Positions 10,726-19,674 of a DNA stretch of 64,000 nt are shown here, in pieces. Source of the stretch: a virus. A model generated the notes under the pieces. It worked only from the letters and a program-made list of their open reading frames with translations, did not search any database and was not told where the DNA came from. Made by a program: the position numbers and the translations under genes. Location of the stretch: the IMG/VR virus record IMGVR_UViG_3300045988_098461, positions 20,546 to 84,545 of that record. One strand, 5' to 3'. Position 1 is the stretch's first letter. The number at the start of each line of letters is the position of its first letter.

Positions 10726-11130
10726 TTATTCTTTTAAATTATTATACGTTACATTAAATTTCATATTGATGTAATAAGTGTTATCACTATCACGAGTAGG
10801 GCGAGAGATAGAATAGAAATCGAAGTAACAGCCACCGAGGTAAGTACCGTCACCAAACAGAGAAAGAATCTTCTCCGAGTAATCAGAGAGCTTCTTTATG
10901 TTAGGTAGATTTGATAAGGTCTTAGGGCAATGAATATTCAAATTCACTACACCCTCATTAATAGCATCACTATACACAAAGGGAAGATGATTGATTGCGA
11001 TATAATCACAAACCGCCAACTTCTCGGGTATCTCATATTTAAAGATACGACCTTTCTTTATGCCTATTCTCTCAACATTATCATTGAGATACTTAAATAA
11101 TGCCGTAACGGCTGTATCACCGAGTATCAT
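10726..11130 (-). CDS. tail completion / tail terminator-like protein (position-based)
   Basis: 134-aa ORF between the gp10-like gene and the major tail gene. Confidence 0.35.
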   Translation of the reverse strand: MILGDTAVTALFKYLNDNVERIGIKKGRIFKYEIPEKLAVCDYIAINHLPFVYSDAINEGVVNLNIHCPKTLSNLPNIKKLSDYSEKILSLFGDGTYLGGCYFDFYSISRPTRDSDNTYYINMKFNVTYNNLKE

Positions 11131-11132
11131 AT

Positions 11133-11612
11133 CTAACTATCGCTTTTAATCATTTCAGCTACTTCTTCAAAAATCTTCTTCATTTCGTCACGAAGGAAAT
11201 ACTTTGTAAGGTGTAAGACATTGTAACCTTTATCCTCTACATGTTTTCCGTAATTCATACCAGCAACAATGACGAGAGAGTACCCTTTGGGTGCTACTAC
11301 CCCTTCTTTCTGTGCATACTCACTGAGTGCAGCACTTACGCCTTCCTGTCCTCCTTCCGCTTCTTCTGCCTTTGGAATCTTACCAACTGCCGAGGTGATG
11401 AGTTGACCATCAAGGTAGAGAGCGAAAGAAATTGAGTTCTTTAAATTTGCAGTTCGGTCTTGATAACCTTTATTTTCTTTGGAAAAGGTGACCGCTTCTT
11501 CGGCAAGTTGCATCAAACGCATATTAAGGTAGCTGATAATCTGCTACCTCTTTTCATTCAACCTTTTCTGTAAGGCTTCACGACCTTTGATTTGTAATTC
11601 AACCTTTGCCAT
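11133..11612 (-). CDS. HK97 gp10-family head-tail joining protein, interrupted by an in-frame TAG at 11544-11546
   Basis: ATG at 11612 is in frame with the track ORF 11133..11522. Hand translation gives MAKVELQIKGREALQKRLNEKR*QIISYLNMRLMQLAEEAVTFSKENKGYQDRTANLKN. This aligns without gaps to the intact paralog at 32463..32939 on both sides of the TAG. Confidence 0.6.
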
Positions 11613-11623
11613 ATTACCGCCTA

Positions 11624-11959
11624 TTAGAGCCAAATTCTAAGATAGCGTTTTTTTAAGGTTACGAAGCCTTTAACCTCCATTTCCTTATCAATCGTGCCAT
11701 CTTTCTTGGTTATCCAAACCTTTTCGCCTTCCTTCGGTATGAGAGGGTATTTTGCTTTTGAGAGAGGAGCATAGATTTCGTGTGAATACACGTACTGCTG
11801 CCCGTCTGCCAGAGTGATAATCTTCGCCTGCGAATTAGGCAAAATAACGCACTTTCCAAAGGTTTGCCATTCTCCTTCGGGCTGTTCGATAGGATTTCCG
11901 TCCTCATCAAAGCCATCTTGTGGAGCACCTTTTACTTTAAGTATATCTTCAAAGTTCAT
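11624..11959 (-). CDS. head-tail adaptor / head closure protein (position-based)
   Basis: 111-aa ORF in the connector module. Confidence 0.4.
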   Translation of the reverse strand: MNFEDILKVKGAPQDGFDEDGNPIEQPEGEWQTFGKCVILPNSQAKIITLADGQQYVYSHEIYAPLSKAKYPLIPKEGEKVWITKKDGTIDKEMEVKGFVTLKKRYLRIWL

Positions 11960-11974
11960 ACGCTATCTATATGA

Positions 11975-12328
11975 TTACCATACCTTCACACTCTGAACCC
12001 AATAATCATCAGAAGTACTATCAATAACAAGGTCAGCATCCAATCCAGCATCCTTCGCAATAGATTTAATCATCTTATCAATAAGATTCTTGTCGTTCTT
12101 GTAACTCTGAGAGATACCGCCAACATTCTCACTTGATAATGGATTCATCTTGTAGAGGATACGCATAGCCGCATAGGCTACGGGTTTCTTTACCGATACA
12201 GAGTATTCATCAGCCACGGATGCCGTGATGCTAAACTTATCAGTAGCATCAATAAACATCTTCTCCAAGGTCTCATCTGAGGTAGAGAAAGGCTGAATCT
12301 CGCTTGCTATGGCTTCTGAAATTGTCAT
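11975..12328 (-). CDS. head-tail connector protein (position-based)
   Basis: 117-aa ORF directly downstream of the major capsid gene. Confidence 0.4.
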   Translation of the reverse strand: MTISEAIASEIQPFSTSDETLEKMFIDATDKFSITASVADEYSVSVKKPVAYAAMRILYKMNPLSSENVGGISQSYKNDKNLIDKMIKSIAKDAGLDADLVIDSTSDDYWVQSVKVW

Positions 12329-12395
12329 GCTAATCTTGTTATTTTATGAAGTTTCACTTATTAAATCAAAATATCCATAACTGAGGGTCAGTGCA

Positions 12396-13490
12396 TTAAG
12401 CACCAACCTTCAAGATAAAGAAGTCTTCGATACCATCGAATACTGGTTGCATCCACATTTCGTTGGTAAGGTGATAACCCTTCTTATCTCTCCAATAACC
12501 GATAAGGTTGTTATCGTATGTAGAGTAAGAAACGCCATCAACTGGGTCAATAGCCTCCAAGCACTCTGCGCACTTAGGTACAGCCACCTTATCGGCACAC
12601 ATCGCAACAACTCGGTTATCTGGGATAAGGTTAAAGACTGTCTTGTCAGGCAGCTCAACAAACTTATCTTCATCAATCTGAATTGTTGGCAAGAGGATAG
12701 AGCGCAGATAGATATTCATCTGGTCAACGCTAATCATCGGTGCAGTAGGATTGATGGTAATCTGACCGAGGTTCAAGCGGAAGGTGTCCTTAATCTCCTT
12801 TGCCTTACACATTGCGAAGAATGTGTTCTCAGACATACGAAGACGCAGAATCTTACGACCCTTTTTGCGAGCCTCGTCCTTCAACTTCTTAATATCCTCA
12901 ATAGGAGTTGCGTTCTCCATTCCCCAATTTGTGGTAGCAGAAAGCTGCTTAACACCCAAATTAAAGGTATAAGATACGTTAGCCTTAGAGTTATTGGTAC
13001 GTGATACAGTCTGAGTACCCTTGAACAATCCCTCGAAGTACAACATATCAATACGCTTATGAGGAGAGATAACCGCCAACTCAAAAGGTTTGAATGAGTA
13101 CTTGATAAGTTCATCGTACTTAGCATTGAGCTGTGACTGTGTATAACCGCCACGTCCCGACATATCATTAAACTTACCCTCCAAGAGGTGCATCTGTTCG
13201 AGGTAATCGTTATCAAGCTCCCACTCATCGGCGATACGACCGATAGAGCCAGTAAGCTGACCCCAATCAGGCATAGTATGCAATGGACGCTCTGCGTTCT
13301 TAGCGACAACAGAACCAACCATAGCAGCAGCATAGGTAGCCATATTTGCCTGATATACCTTTGCAGCACAATACTCAACAGGCTTCAACTCGTTCTTCCA
13401 CTCAGCCTTGTAGGTGGAAGTCTTCATGTATTCGTCAATGTAGGTCTGAAAAGACTTTGGGTCTTGCAGATTCTTCAAAATACTATTCAT
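12396..13490 (-). CDS. major capsid protein
   Basis: 364 aa, sitting between the decoration-like and connector genes. The lambda gpE-like family assignment is tentative. Confidence 0.8.
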   Translation of the reverse strand: MNSILKNLQDPKSFQTYIDEYMKTSTYKAEWKNELKPVEYCAAKVYQANMATYAAAMVGSVVAKNAERPLHTMPDWGQLTGSIGRIADEWELDNDYLEQMHLLEGKFNDMSGRGGYTQSQLNAKYDELIKYSFKPFELAVISPHKRIDMLYFEGLFKGTQTVSRTNNSKANVSYTFNLGVKQLSATTNWGMENATPIEDIKKLKDEARKKGRKILRLRMSENTFFAMCKAKEIKDTFRLNLGQITINPTAPMISVDQMNIYLRSILLPTIQIDEDKFVELPDKTVFNLIPDNRVVAMCADKVAVPKCAECLEAIDPVDGVSYSTYDNNLIGYWRDKKGYHLTNEMWMQPVFDGIEDFFILKVGA

Positions 13491-13515
13491 AATCTATAAT
13501 CTCCACTTTTAAAGG

Positions 13516-14094
13516 TTACTGAATCTTAAACAAAGCGATACCATTTGCTCTGATACCTTCCTTAATCTCATCATTGATAGGATAAGGGAGTGAATCTTCC
13601 TCTACCTCCATTACCTGTAAGGTAGGAGTAGCTGCGATAGAAGACTCTTGGTCTCTTACATCGAGAGTATCATATGAGAAGCCAAGAAGTACGTCCTTGG
13701 TCTTATCGTAATCCGATACAATCGCATTTGCGGCAACTTCGTTAGCGAGTTCTGATACAGTTAATGTATCTACACCATCGGAAGAAGTAATTGCCGAAAT
13801 GGTCGCACCAGCAATCTTATCATTAACCTGGAATAAAGAACCACTAGCAATCTTTAAGGTTGTAGCAGCCTTGGCTGCTTTTTCTGTGACCTTTGCAGTC
13901 TTTACAACCTGTGCCTTACCACCAGTTACAAGTCTGAGAACTGTACCCTTCGCTACAAACTTTAAAGTAGCTGGAAGGTTGGTGCGGTCGAGGTCATAAC
14001 CACCTTGTCGGCGAAGGCACTGCTCTTCAAGCCAAAGTGCTTCCTTGATATCCTCTGGCTTGGTTCTATGCAAAAAATAGCCTCTGTTTGACAT
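13516..14094 (-). CDS. capsid decoration / head accessory protein (position-based)
   Basis: 192 aa, between the scaffold-like and capsid genes. Confidence 0.4.
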   Translation of the reverse strand: MSNRGYFLHRTKPEDIKEALWLEEQCLRRQGGYDLDRTNLPATLKFVAKGTVLRLVTGGKAQVVKTAKVTEKAAKAATTLKIASGSLFQVNDKIAGATISAITSSDGVDTLTVSELANEVAANAIVSDYDKTKDVLLGFSYDTLDVRDQESSIAATPTLQVMEVEEDSLPYPINDEIKEGIRANGIALFKIQ

Positions 14095-14139
14095 AATTTT
14101 CTTCTTTTAAAGAGTTTAACATAATTCATTGATAATGCC

Positions 14140-14826
14140 TTACTCCTTTGGAGCATTACGCTCCGAGAAGCCTTGCATTTTTGTAATGAAATCATTCTGC
14201 TCGTCTTCGGGAGAGGTTGCCTTGGGTGCTTCAACAAAATTGCCGTTTGCTACAAGTGACTGCTTCAATGCTGTCCAATCATCGGCACATTGCTGTGCGA
14301 GAGTTTCAAGATTCTCTTCCTTGTCGAGCTGATAACGTGAACGGAACTGCTGCGGAACGTCCTTCAATTTTTCGCTCTTACCGAAAAGGTCATCAAGACG
14401 TGCTCTTTCTTCCTTTTCCTTGTATGGGGCAATGGCGGCGGCTACAGCTTCGCTAACTGCTTTCTGGGTACTTTTGGTAGCCTCGGCAATCATCTGCTGA
14501 ACCTGCTCTTGCGTAAGCCCTGTTGGAGGTACTGGAGGGGTAGGAGGAACTGGTGGAGTAGGCTTATGGTTAGGGTCGTTAGGGTCAATCCATCCATCGA
14601 ATTTCTTCGTTGTTTCACTGACCGCACGATTGAATGATGATTGCATCATACCAACATAAGGTTCAACTGCCGAGATAGCACTCGTTACATCCTCGTCCTT
14701 TGACTCATCTGTTAGACCACGACTTGCAACAATCAGGTCAACCAGCTTTGAAAGTTCATCCTTCTTCAAACCATACTTTGCAAATGATGTTTTGGCAGAA
14801 GCAAGCACTTTTTCTTTTATTGTCAT
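14140..14826 (-). CDS. scaffolding protein (tentative)
   Basis: 228 aa, helical and acidic, with a PTPPVPPTPPVPP linker. It is the first gene of the head operon. Confidence 0.5.
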   Translation of the reverse strand: MTIKEKVLASAKTSFAKYGLKKDELSKLVDLIVASRGLTDESKDEDVTSAISAVEPYVGMMQSSFNRAVSETTKKFDGWIDPNDPNHKPTPPVPPTPPVPPTGLTQEQVQQMIAEATKSTQKAVSEAVAAAIAPYKEKEERARLDDLFGKSEKLKDVPQQFRSRYQLDKEENLETLAQQCADDWTALKQSLVANGNFVEAPKATSPEDEQNDFITKMQGFSERNAPKE

Positions 14827-14870
14827 AGTAATTCTGTTTTAAACGTTAATAAATAAATAATTTCTGATTG

Positions 14871-14878
14871 CAAAATTA
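14871..14878 (-). promoter_or_regulatory. -7 box TAATTTTG (Bacteroidota-type) for the head/tail operon
   Basis: Plus strand reads caaaatta, 45 nt upstream of the ATG at 14826. No clear -33 box. Confidence 0.4.
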
Positions 14879-14994
14879 CTATTTCTATTAGTAAAATAAT
14901 AATAAATAATAAAAGCTGTGTAAACAAATGCTATTTTTGACGATTTTCTTGCGGTCTAAGCGGCTTTCTTTTAGTTTATGTATAGTTATTAAGA

Positions 14995-15042
14995 AACAAA
15001 AATAAAAGGCAAGATAGCCAATATTCTTGGTTACTTTGCCTT
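14995..15042 (-). terminator. intrinsic terminator of the leader-protein/DUF559 cassette
   Basis: AAGGCAA(15006-12)/TTGCCTT(15036-42) stem, followed on the minus strand by TTATTTTTGTTT. Confidence 0.5.
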
Positions 15043-15387
15043 GCGTTGTATCAAATCTATCTTTGCCTTAACCTTCTTCGGATTCCTAGCATCGTGATTA
15101 CTCAATCTTACCACATGATACCCAAGCCGCCATATACCCGAAGAGCGGTTACCATCCTTGCGCTTTTGGTCTTTAGTAAAATGATAACCACCATCGAGCT
15201 CAATAATCGTTTTTATCTCGGGCAGATATATATCAGCGAAGTATAGCTTTCTGCCCGTGACTATCGGCTGCTGTGGTATCACCTTATATCCTAACAGAGT
15301 GCAGATTTTCGCCGCAGCCTTCTCCGCATCGGTTGTATGTGAAAGTAGGTCGCAGCGAATCTGATATATGAGTTTCTTGGATAGCAT
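15031..15387 (-). CDS. DUF559 / Vsr-like restriction-endonuclease-fold protein
   Basis: The stretch ...YFADIYLPEIKTIIELDGGYHF...VVRLSN... matches the DUF559 pattern. Confidence 0.65.
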   Translation of the reverse strand: MLSKKLIYQIRCDLLSHTTDAEKAAAKICTLLGYKVIPQQPIVTGRKLYFADIYLPEIKTIIELDGGYHFTKDQKRKDGNRSSGIWRLGYHVVRLSNHDARNPKKVKAKIDLIQRKAK

Positions 15388-15857
15388 TATTTATAATACT
15401 TTTTGAAATTTTCTTCGTTTGCGAAGTATTTTCCTGTAGTAGATGTTACTTCTTGCTTGAATTTTTTAACGCCATTAGCTAGTTTATTAAACTTATCTTT
15501 TGGCATAGCACTCTTAATAATAGATACGAATGCTTCGTGCGCTTTATCTGTTACATTCGGCTTTAATATGGCATTAAAAATGCTTCTATCATCGCTGAAA
15601 TTTATATTTCCAGAGATATTTTCTCCATGATTTATCGCACTCATAATTTTCGTTACATCGTACGTTGCATTTTTGAGGAGTTGATACAAATCTTGTTTAT
15701 CATATTCACTCAAATTGCTTATAGCACTATTTGGCGAGTTTGTCTTCAAGACTATATTTTCATTTGTCCCTCCCCCGATTGCGCTCTGCGCAAAGGTTCT
15801 GCTTGCGGCAGCATTTGCGCTGCTCACGGTTCTTGTACCGCCACTTGCCTTACTCAT
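15387..15857 (-). CDS. protein with conserved N-terminal MSKASGGTR leader (family member 2)
   Basis: N-terminus MSKASGGTRTVSSANAAASRT is nearly identical to that of 40752..41144. Confidence 0.55.
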   Translation of the reverse strand: MSKASGGTRTVSSANAAASRTFAQSAIGGGTNENIVLKTNSPNSAISNLSEYDKQDLYQLLKNATYDVTKIMSAINHGENISGNINFSDDRSIFNAILKPNVTDKAHEAFVSIIKSAMPKDKFNKLANGVKKFKQEVTSTTGKYFANEENFKKYYK

Positions 15858-15897
15858 AATCTTTATATTTTTAAATGTTAAACTTATTTTTTCGATG

Positions 15898-15905
15898 CAA
15901 AGATA
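15898..15905 (-). promoter_or_regulatory. -7 box TATCTTTG
   Basis: Plus strand reads caaagata, about 41 nt upstream of the ATG at 15857. Confidence 0.4.
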
Positions 15906-16107
15906 CTATTTATATACCAGATATTGAGTACCTTTGAAACTTCCCGTCTAAACTATTTACCCATCTTCTCCGCTCTTTTTCTTTCCAATCTTTAAAGATG
16001 CTTGATATGTCGCTTCTTCTTTTGCTCTCGCTGCGCAGGTGTTAGCATAAAGTAAGCCTGCGTCTTAGTCATTACCTTAATGATAACGTCTTGCACCTTC
16101 GAGTATT

Positions 16108-16629
16108 TCATTTGCTCTTCTTTATCATATCTATCTCATCCTGTAGATAGAAGATTGCTTTGCTCAAATCCTGCACTCTCTGTTCTCGCTCTGAAAGGTT
16201 CATTTCCTTCTTTCCCTTGCATAAAAGATACTTTACTGCCGAGCCGCAGTTAAAATCAAGGTGTCGGCAAATATCAATCGGCTCTATGCCGCAGAGTTCC
16301 TTTAGCCAAGCGTAATGGTTAGGGTGATTAACCATTTCTTCCTTTTCCTCTGTGACAATAGTACCATTTTTTGCAATCTCTTCAAACTGAATTGGAATAT
16401 TCTTTCTATATACAAGATTGTATTCGTCTGGTATAATATTGCATCCTACAATACATCTACCTACCTTGATAACTTTCAATCTGAGAGGGCAAATATTGGC
16501 TAGCGAAAATCTTTCTTCTCCGATGTTATAAACGTAAACTTCTAGTCTATCATTTACATGGACTACCATACTAGGCTCTATTGGTAAGGTAAATACCAAC
16601 CCTTCACGTATCTTCATTGATTCTATCAT
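16108..16629 (-). CDS. DUF3310-domain protein
   Basis: C-terminal HPNHYAWLK...IEPIDICRHLDFNCGSAVKYLLCKGKK pattern. Confidence 0.55.
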   Translation of the reverse strand: MIESMKIREGLVFTLPIEPSMVVHVNDRLEVYVYNIGEERFSLANICPLRLKVIKVGRCIVGCNIIPDEYNLVYRKNIPIQFEEIAKNGTIVTEEKEEMVNHPNHYAWLKELCGIEPIDICRHLDFNCGSAVKYLLCKGKKEMNLSEREQRVQDLSKAIFYLQDEIDMIKKSK

Positions 16630-16673
16630 AATTCTTACTTTTTAAAAAGTTTATCAACTGCTAATTCCTGTAA

Positions 16674-16895
16674 TTACGGATGCATACATCTTACAACCCT
16701 TGCTTCTGTATTATTTTTCTTCTGATACCTACAAAGATTGCATTCAATAGCACCGACTTTATTTAGAGCGTGCGTATATCGACCACATTCACCGAAAGGG
16801 CAATCTGTTGCATATTCAATACCGCCGTGAATAAACTCACGTACCTCATACTTAATTGCCGTATTCGGCTTCTTTTCTTTCTTTTGGTATAACAT
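16674..16895 (-). CDS. small Cys-rich (zinc-finger-like) protein
   Basis: 73 aa with several Cys pairs. Tightly packed and co-oriented with its neighbours. Confidence 0.45.
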   Translation of the reverse strand: MLYQKKEKKPNTAIKYEVREFIHGGIEYATDCPFGECGRYTHALNKVGAIECNLCRYQKKNNTEARVVRCMHP

Positions 16896-16896
16896 A

Positions 16897-17127
16897 TTAT
16901 CTTATCTCAATTTTGATTTTATAAATCGACTTCTGCTTCAAGTTTTCCGTGCCATCAAGCAAAAGATGAGCAATGATGTCATCTACGGATTCGCTGATAG
17001 CTCTCTTCGTATATTCGTGATAACTGCCGTCTTCTTTTTCTTGATAGACGTTTACAGAGCCAGAGCTATTATCTGTGACAATAACCCCATTATCGGCGAA
17101 CTCTAGCTTAAAATTAAGTTTTTCCAT
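16897..17127 (-). CDS. hypothetical protein
   Basis: 76-aa ORF, tightly packed. Confidence 0.45.
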   Translation of the reverse strand: MEKLNFKLEFADNGVIVTDNSSGSVNVYQEKEDGSYHEYTKRAISESVDDIIAHLLLDGTENLKQKSIYKIKIEIR

Positions 17128-17131
17128 ATAA

Positions 17132-17431
17132 TTATTTTTTTTGTTCCATGAAATGTTTTTGTTGTATTAACATCATTCTTGTAATCAGATTCTGCATCTT
17201 TTCAATAATGAACTTCGGGGTTTCCGAAGTTCTGATAAAGAAAGGATGCTTTCCTCTCTTATGCTTATTGAAGAACAATGTATCATCTTTACCCTCTATC
17301 TTTACAGCAATCATGTACTGACCGATGAAGAGGTGAGCACTTCCCTCTTTTCTCTTTCGAGGTGTAGTGTACTTAATGCCGTTCTCATCTAAGAAAGACA
17401 TCAGCTTCTTTAATTTCGTTTCATTTTTCAT
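17132..17431 (-). CDS. hypothetical protein
   Basis: 99-aa ORF with TATAGGAGATAT upstream of the ATG. Confidence 0.45.
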   Translation of the reverse strand: MKNETKLKKLMSFLDENGIKYTTPRKRKEGSAHLFIGQYMIAVKIEGKDDTLFFNKHKRGKHPFFIRTSETPKFIIEKMQNLITRMMLIQQKHFMEQKK

Positions 17432-17450
17432 CTTGCATATCTCCTATAGT

Positions 17451-17894
17451 TTAGTTATCGCTTAACATTTTCTCAACCTCATCATCGTATTTATTTCTTT
17501 TACACCAAGTAGTGAGGTCAAAGATTACTTCCGCATCCTTTCTAAAGCTTTTGTATAAGCTCAGATAGTTTTTCTTTGTTTGTGCGTTAGCCTTTCTCGC
17601 CTCGTGAAAAAAGGCAAAGTAATTCTTAAAATATTCAGAATGTATTGTGATAATATCGGCATCTTCGCATTTTTGCATCATAAACAGCGTTGCTTCTACG
17701 ATAACGACCGCCTTTGAAGCGCAATAGATGTGATTCATTTCATTTGCTACAACTTCTCCGTTCCTTATAATGATAACTGAAAATTTTCCTGTTGCGAACT
17801 TATCTTCATAATCACAACTTACGTAGCACTCATATCCAACAAGTTCTTTTGCTGGCGTGAGGTAAGTATCGAGCCAATTTTTCTTTTTCTCCAT
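17451..17894 (-). CDS. hypothetical protein
   Basis: 147-aa ORF with AGGAGATACAAA directly before the ATG. Confidence 0.5.
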   Translation of the reverse strand: MEKKKNWLDTYLTPAKELVGYECYVSCDYEDKFATGKFSVIIIRNGEVVANEMNHIYCASKAVVIVEATLFMMQKCEDADIITIHSEYFKNYFAFFHEARKANAQTKKNYLSLYKSFRKDAEVIFDLTTWCKRNKYDDEVEKMLSDN

Positions 17895-18040
17895 TTTGTA
17901 TCTCCTGTGTTATTATATAATCGGGTGGGGGCATATGTGCGCCCGTTAGTTAATTCTTTCTTGGGGCTGTCGCCCCTATAAGGGAATAAATTTTATTAAA
18001 GCCCTCATCCCTTATTTTATTATTTTTGATTTTACATAAA

Positions 18041-18862
18041 CTACATTTTTGCCTCCTTTCTTTTCATACCATGACGAGATATTGATATAGCATCGTCCAT
18101 CTGCATACGATAAATATTCGATTCAATGGAAAATGCACTTCTATTTTTTGCGCTTATCACTATTATAGAACCTTCAAAATCCGTAATAGCCATATTATTG
18201 GTACATACCTTTGCATCGCACCTTACTTCCTTGATTCTTGTGCGCTTATTGATGATACCCTTGTTTACAAGCTGATTTGTAACTTTGAACGCTTGGTACA
18301 TCGTACCATAGATAACATCCTTGATTCTGTCATAAGATAAACCTTTGTTATCACTGAACTTCTTCCTCAACATACGACTTTCACGTTTGAGAGCCTTGCA
18401 AATAGTCTTCGCATTTCTCCCATTCGTCCCCTTATTGTGCGTATTGATTACGTCTTCTTGCATTCTAACTTGGTTCTCCATGACAATTCTTCTCAAAAGG
18501 TTTTTGAGGGCTGGAAATGTCATCTTCGTTAAATCATCCTTGCGAAGCTTATAACTATATCCATTATTTGAATGTATGCTACGTGCAATGAATCTCTTCT
18601 TTCCATTTTTCTCTTCAAAACGGAAATACCCTATCTTGCAACCATATTCAAGTAGTCTCTTTAATTTATTATTGTCAATATGCAAAAGCTTGGCGCAATG
18701 ATTGTATGACACAAGATTAAGGTCTGATGAGCGGAATAAGAGCTTTATTTTAAGAAGTAAACAGAAGGCATCCAAGCGATTCTTATCGCTCAGAGCAAAC
18801 TTAGCTTCCTGTATTCCTATTCTTATTCTTTTCATCATTATATATATTAATGTAAAAACCAA
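18041..18862 (-). CDS. putative winged-helix DNA-binding protein (regulator or replication initiator), architecture-level paralog of 51937..52722
   Basis: 273 aa. It is the first gene leftward of the divergent promoter region, with a layout similar to the 261-aa protein behind promoter 51747-51778. Confidence 0.45.
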   Translation of the reverse strand: MVFTLIYIMMKRIRIGIQEAKFALSDKNRLDAFCLLLKIKLLFRSSDLNLVSYNHCAKLLHIDNNKLKRLLEYGCKIGYFRFEEKNGKKRFIARSIHSNNGYSYKLRKDDLTKMTFPALKNLLRRIVMENQVRMQEDVINTHNKGTNGRNAKTICKALKRESRMLRKKFSDNKGLSYDRIKDVIYGTMYQAFKVTNQLVNKGIINKRTRIKEVRCDAKVCTNNMAITDFEGSIIVISAKNRSAFSIESNIYRMQMDDAISISRHGMKRKEAKM

Positions 18863-18984
18863 ACAGATGAAAGGTGCTATCTATCATTCTGCTTGGTTTG
18901 TATATCGAACCCTTTCACTTGTGTTGATTGGGCATATATGATTCTTTTCTTTGCTTGGAAAATAGCACTTTCCTTTTTATGCCG

Positions 18985-18992
18985 CAAAATTA
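18985..18992 (-). promoter_or_regulatory. -7 box TAATTTTG (leftward arm of the divergent region)
   Basis: Plus strand reads gccgcaaaatta, i.e. TAATTTTGCGGC on the minus strand, the same core as the rightward cassettes. Confidence 0.45.
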
Positions 18993-19022
18993 TAAAGAAA
19001 ATCTGAGATATTCGCTTAAAAT

Positions 19023-19040
19023 CTATTAAAAAACTAATAG
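19023..19040. promoter_or_regulatory. perfect palindrome CTATTA-N6-TAATAG (operator candidate)
   Basis: Lies between the divergent promoters. CTATTAA/TAATAG half-sites recur next to most promoters in the window. Confidence 0.4.
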
Positions 19041-19075
19041 TTAGTATTAATAAACTAAAAATAGCTATTAGAAAA

Positions 19076-19107
19076 TTTGGTAGTCTAAGATAAAGTTATT
19101 AATTTTG
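19076..19107 (+). promoter_or_regulatory. Bacteroidota-type promoter TTTG-N20-TAATTTTG
   Basis: TTTG at 19076-79 and TAATTTTG at 19100-07. Confidence 0.6.
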
Positions 19108-19191
19108 CGGTATCAAAGTTAATAAAATAGCTTTTGATACATATAATTAATGTGGAAATTATTAATAAATTAAAAATAGGAGATACGAAAA

Positions 19192-19323
19192 ATGAAAAAA
19201 GAAAAAGACATGATGAATCCATGTAATTGGAGAACCGAAGATGTAAAAGATGCGGTACAAGCAGCAATGCTCGCCGCTAGTGGAATTATCTTAGCGTATG
19301 CTGTTATCTGGCTCGCTTACTAA
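19192..19323 (+). CDS. small membrane protein (43 aa, below the track cutoff)
   Basis: TAGGAGATAC at 19177-86, 5 nt before the ATG. Sequence MKKEKDMMNPCNWRTEDVKDAVQAAMLAASGIILAYAVIWLAY. Confidence 0.5.
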   Translation: MKKEKDMMNPCNWRTEDVKDAVQAAMLAASGIILAYAVIWLAY

Positions 19324-19336
19324 AAAAGGAGGTAAT

Positions 19337-19618
19337 ATGGAGATAGTAACAACATTAGTTAAGTTCCGTTGTCGCAAGGATGAAATGATGGAGCAATCAA
19401 AGAATGCTCAGATTTTTCTCTTTGAAGGCAAAGAAGGTAAGACTAAGGTATTCGTGCCTAAGTCTAAACTAATTATCAAGGATGATGCTTTAGATAGCAA
19501 CTATAATCTTTGCATCATACCTAAATGGGTATTTCTTAGCACAAAGAACCTTTCGCAGAATGTTGAGTTGGTAGGAGAAACGCAACACATGGAGGTTCTC
19601 AATGATATTGAAGATTAA
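19337..19618 (+). CDS. hypothetical protein
   Basis: Start moved to MEIVTTL, which is preceded by AGGAGGT. Confidence 0.55.
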   Translation: MEIVTTLVKFRCRKDEMMEQSKNAQIFLFEGKEGKTKVFVPKSKLIIKDDALDSNYNLCIIPKWVFLSTKNLSQNVELVGETQHMEVLNDIED

Positions 19619-19674
19619 TAGTATATATAGTAATAATTATTTTGTTTAATGTATTAAAAATAGGAGATACAACA

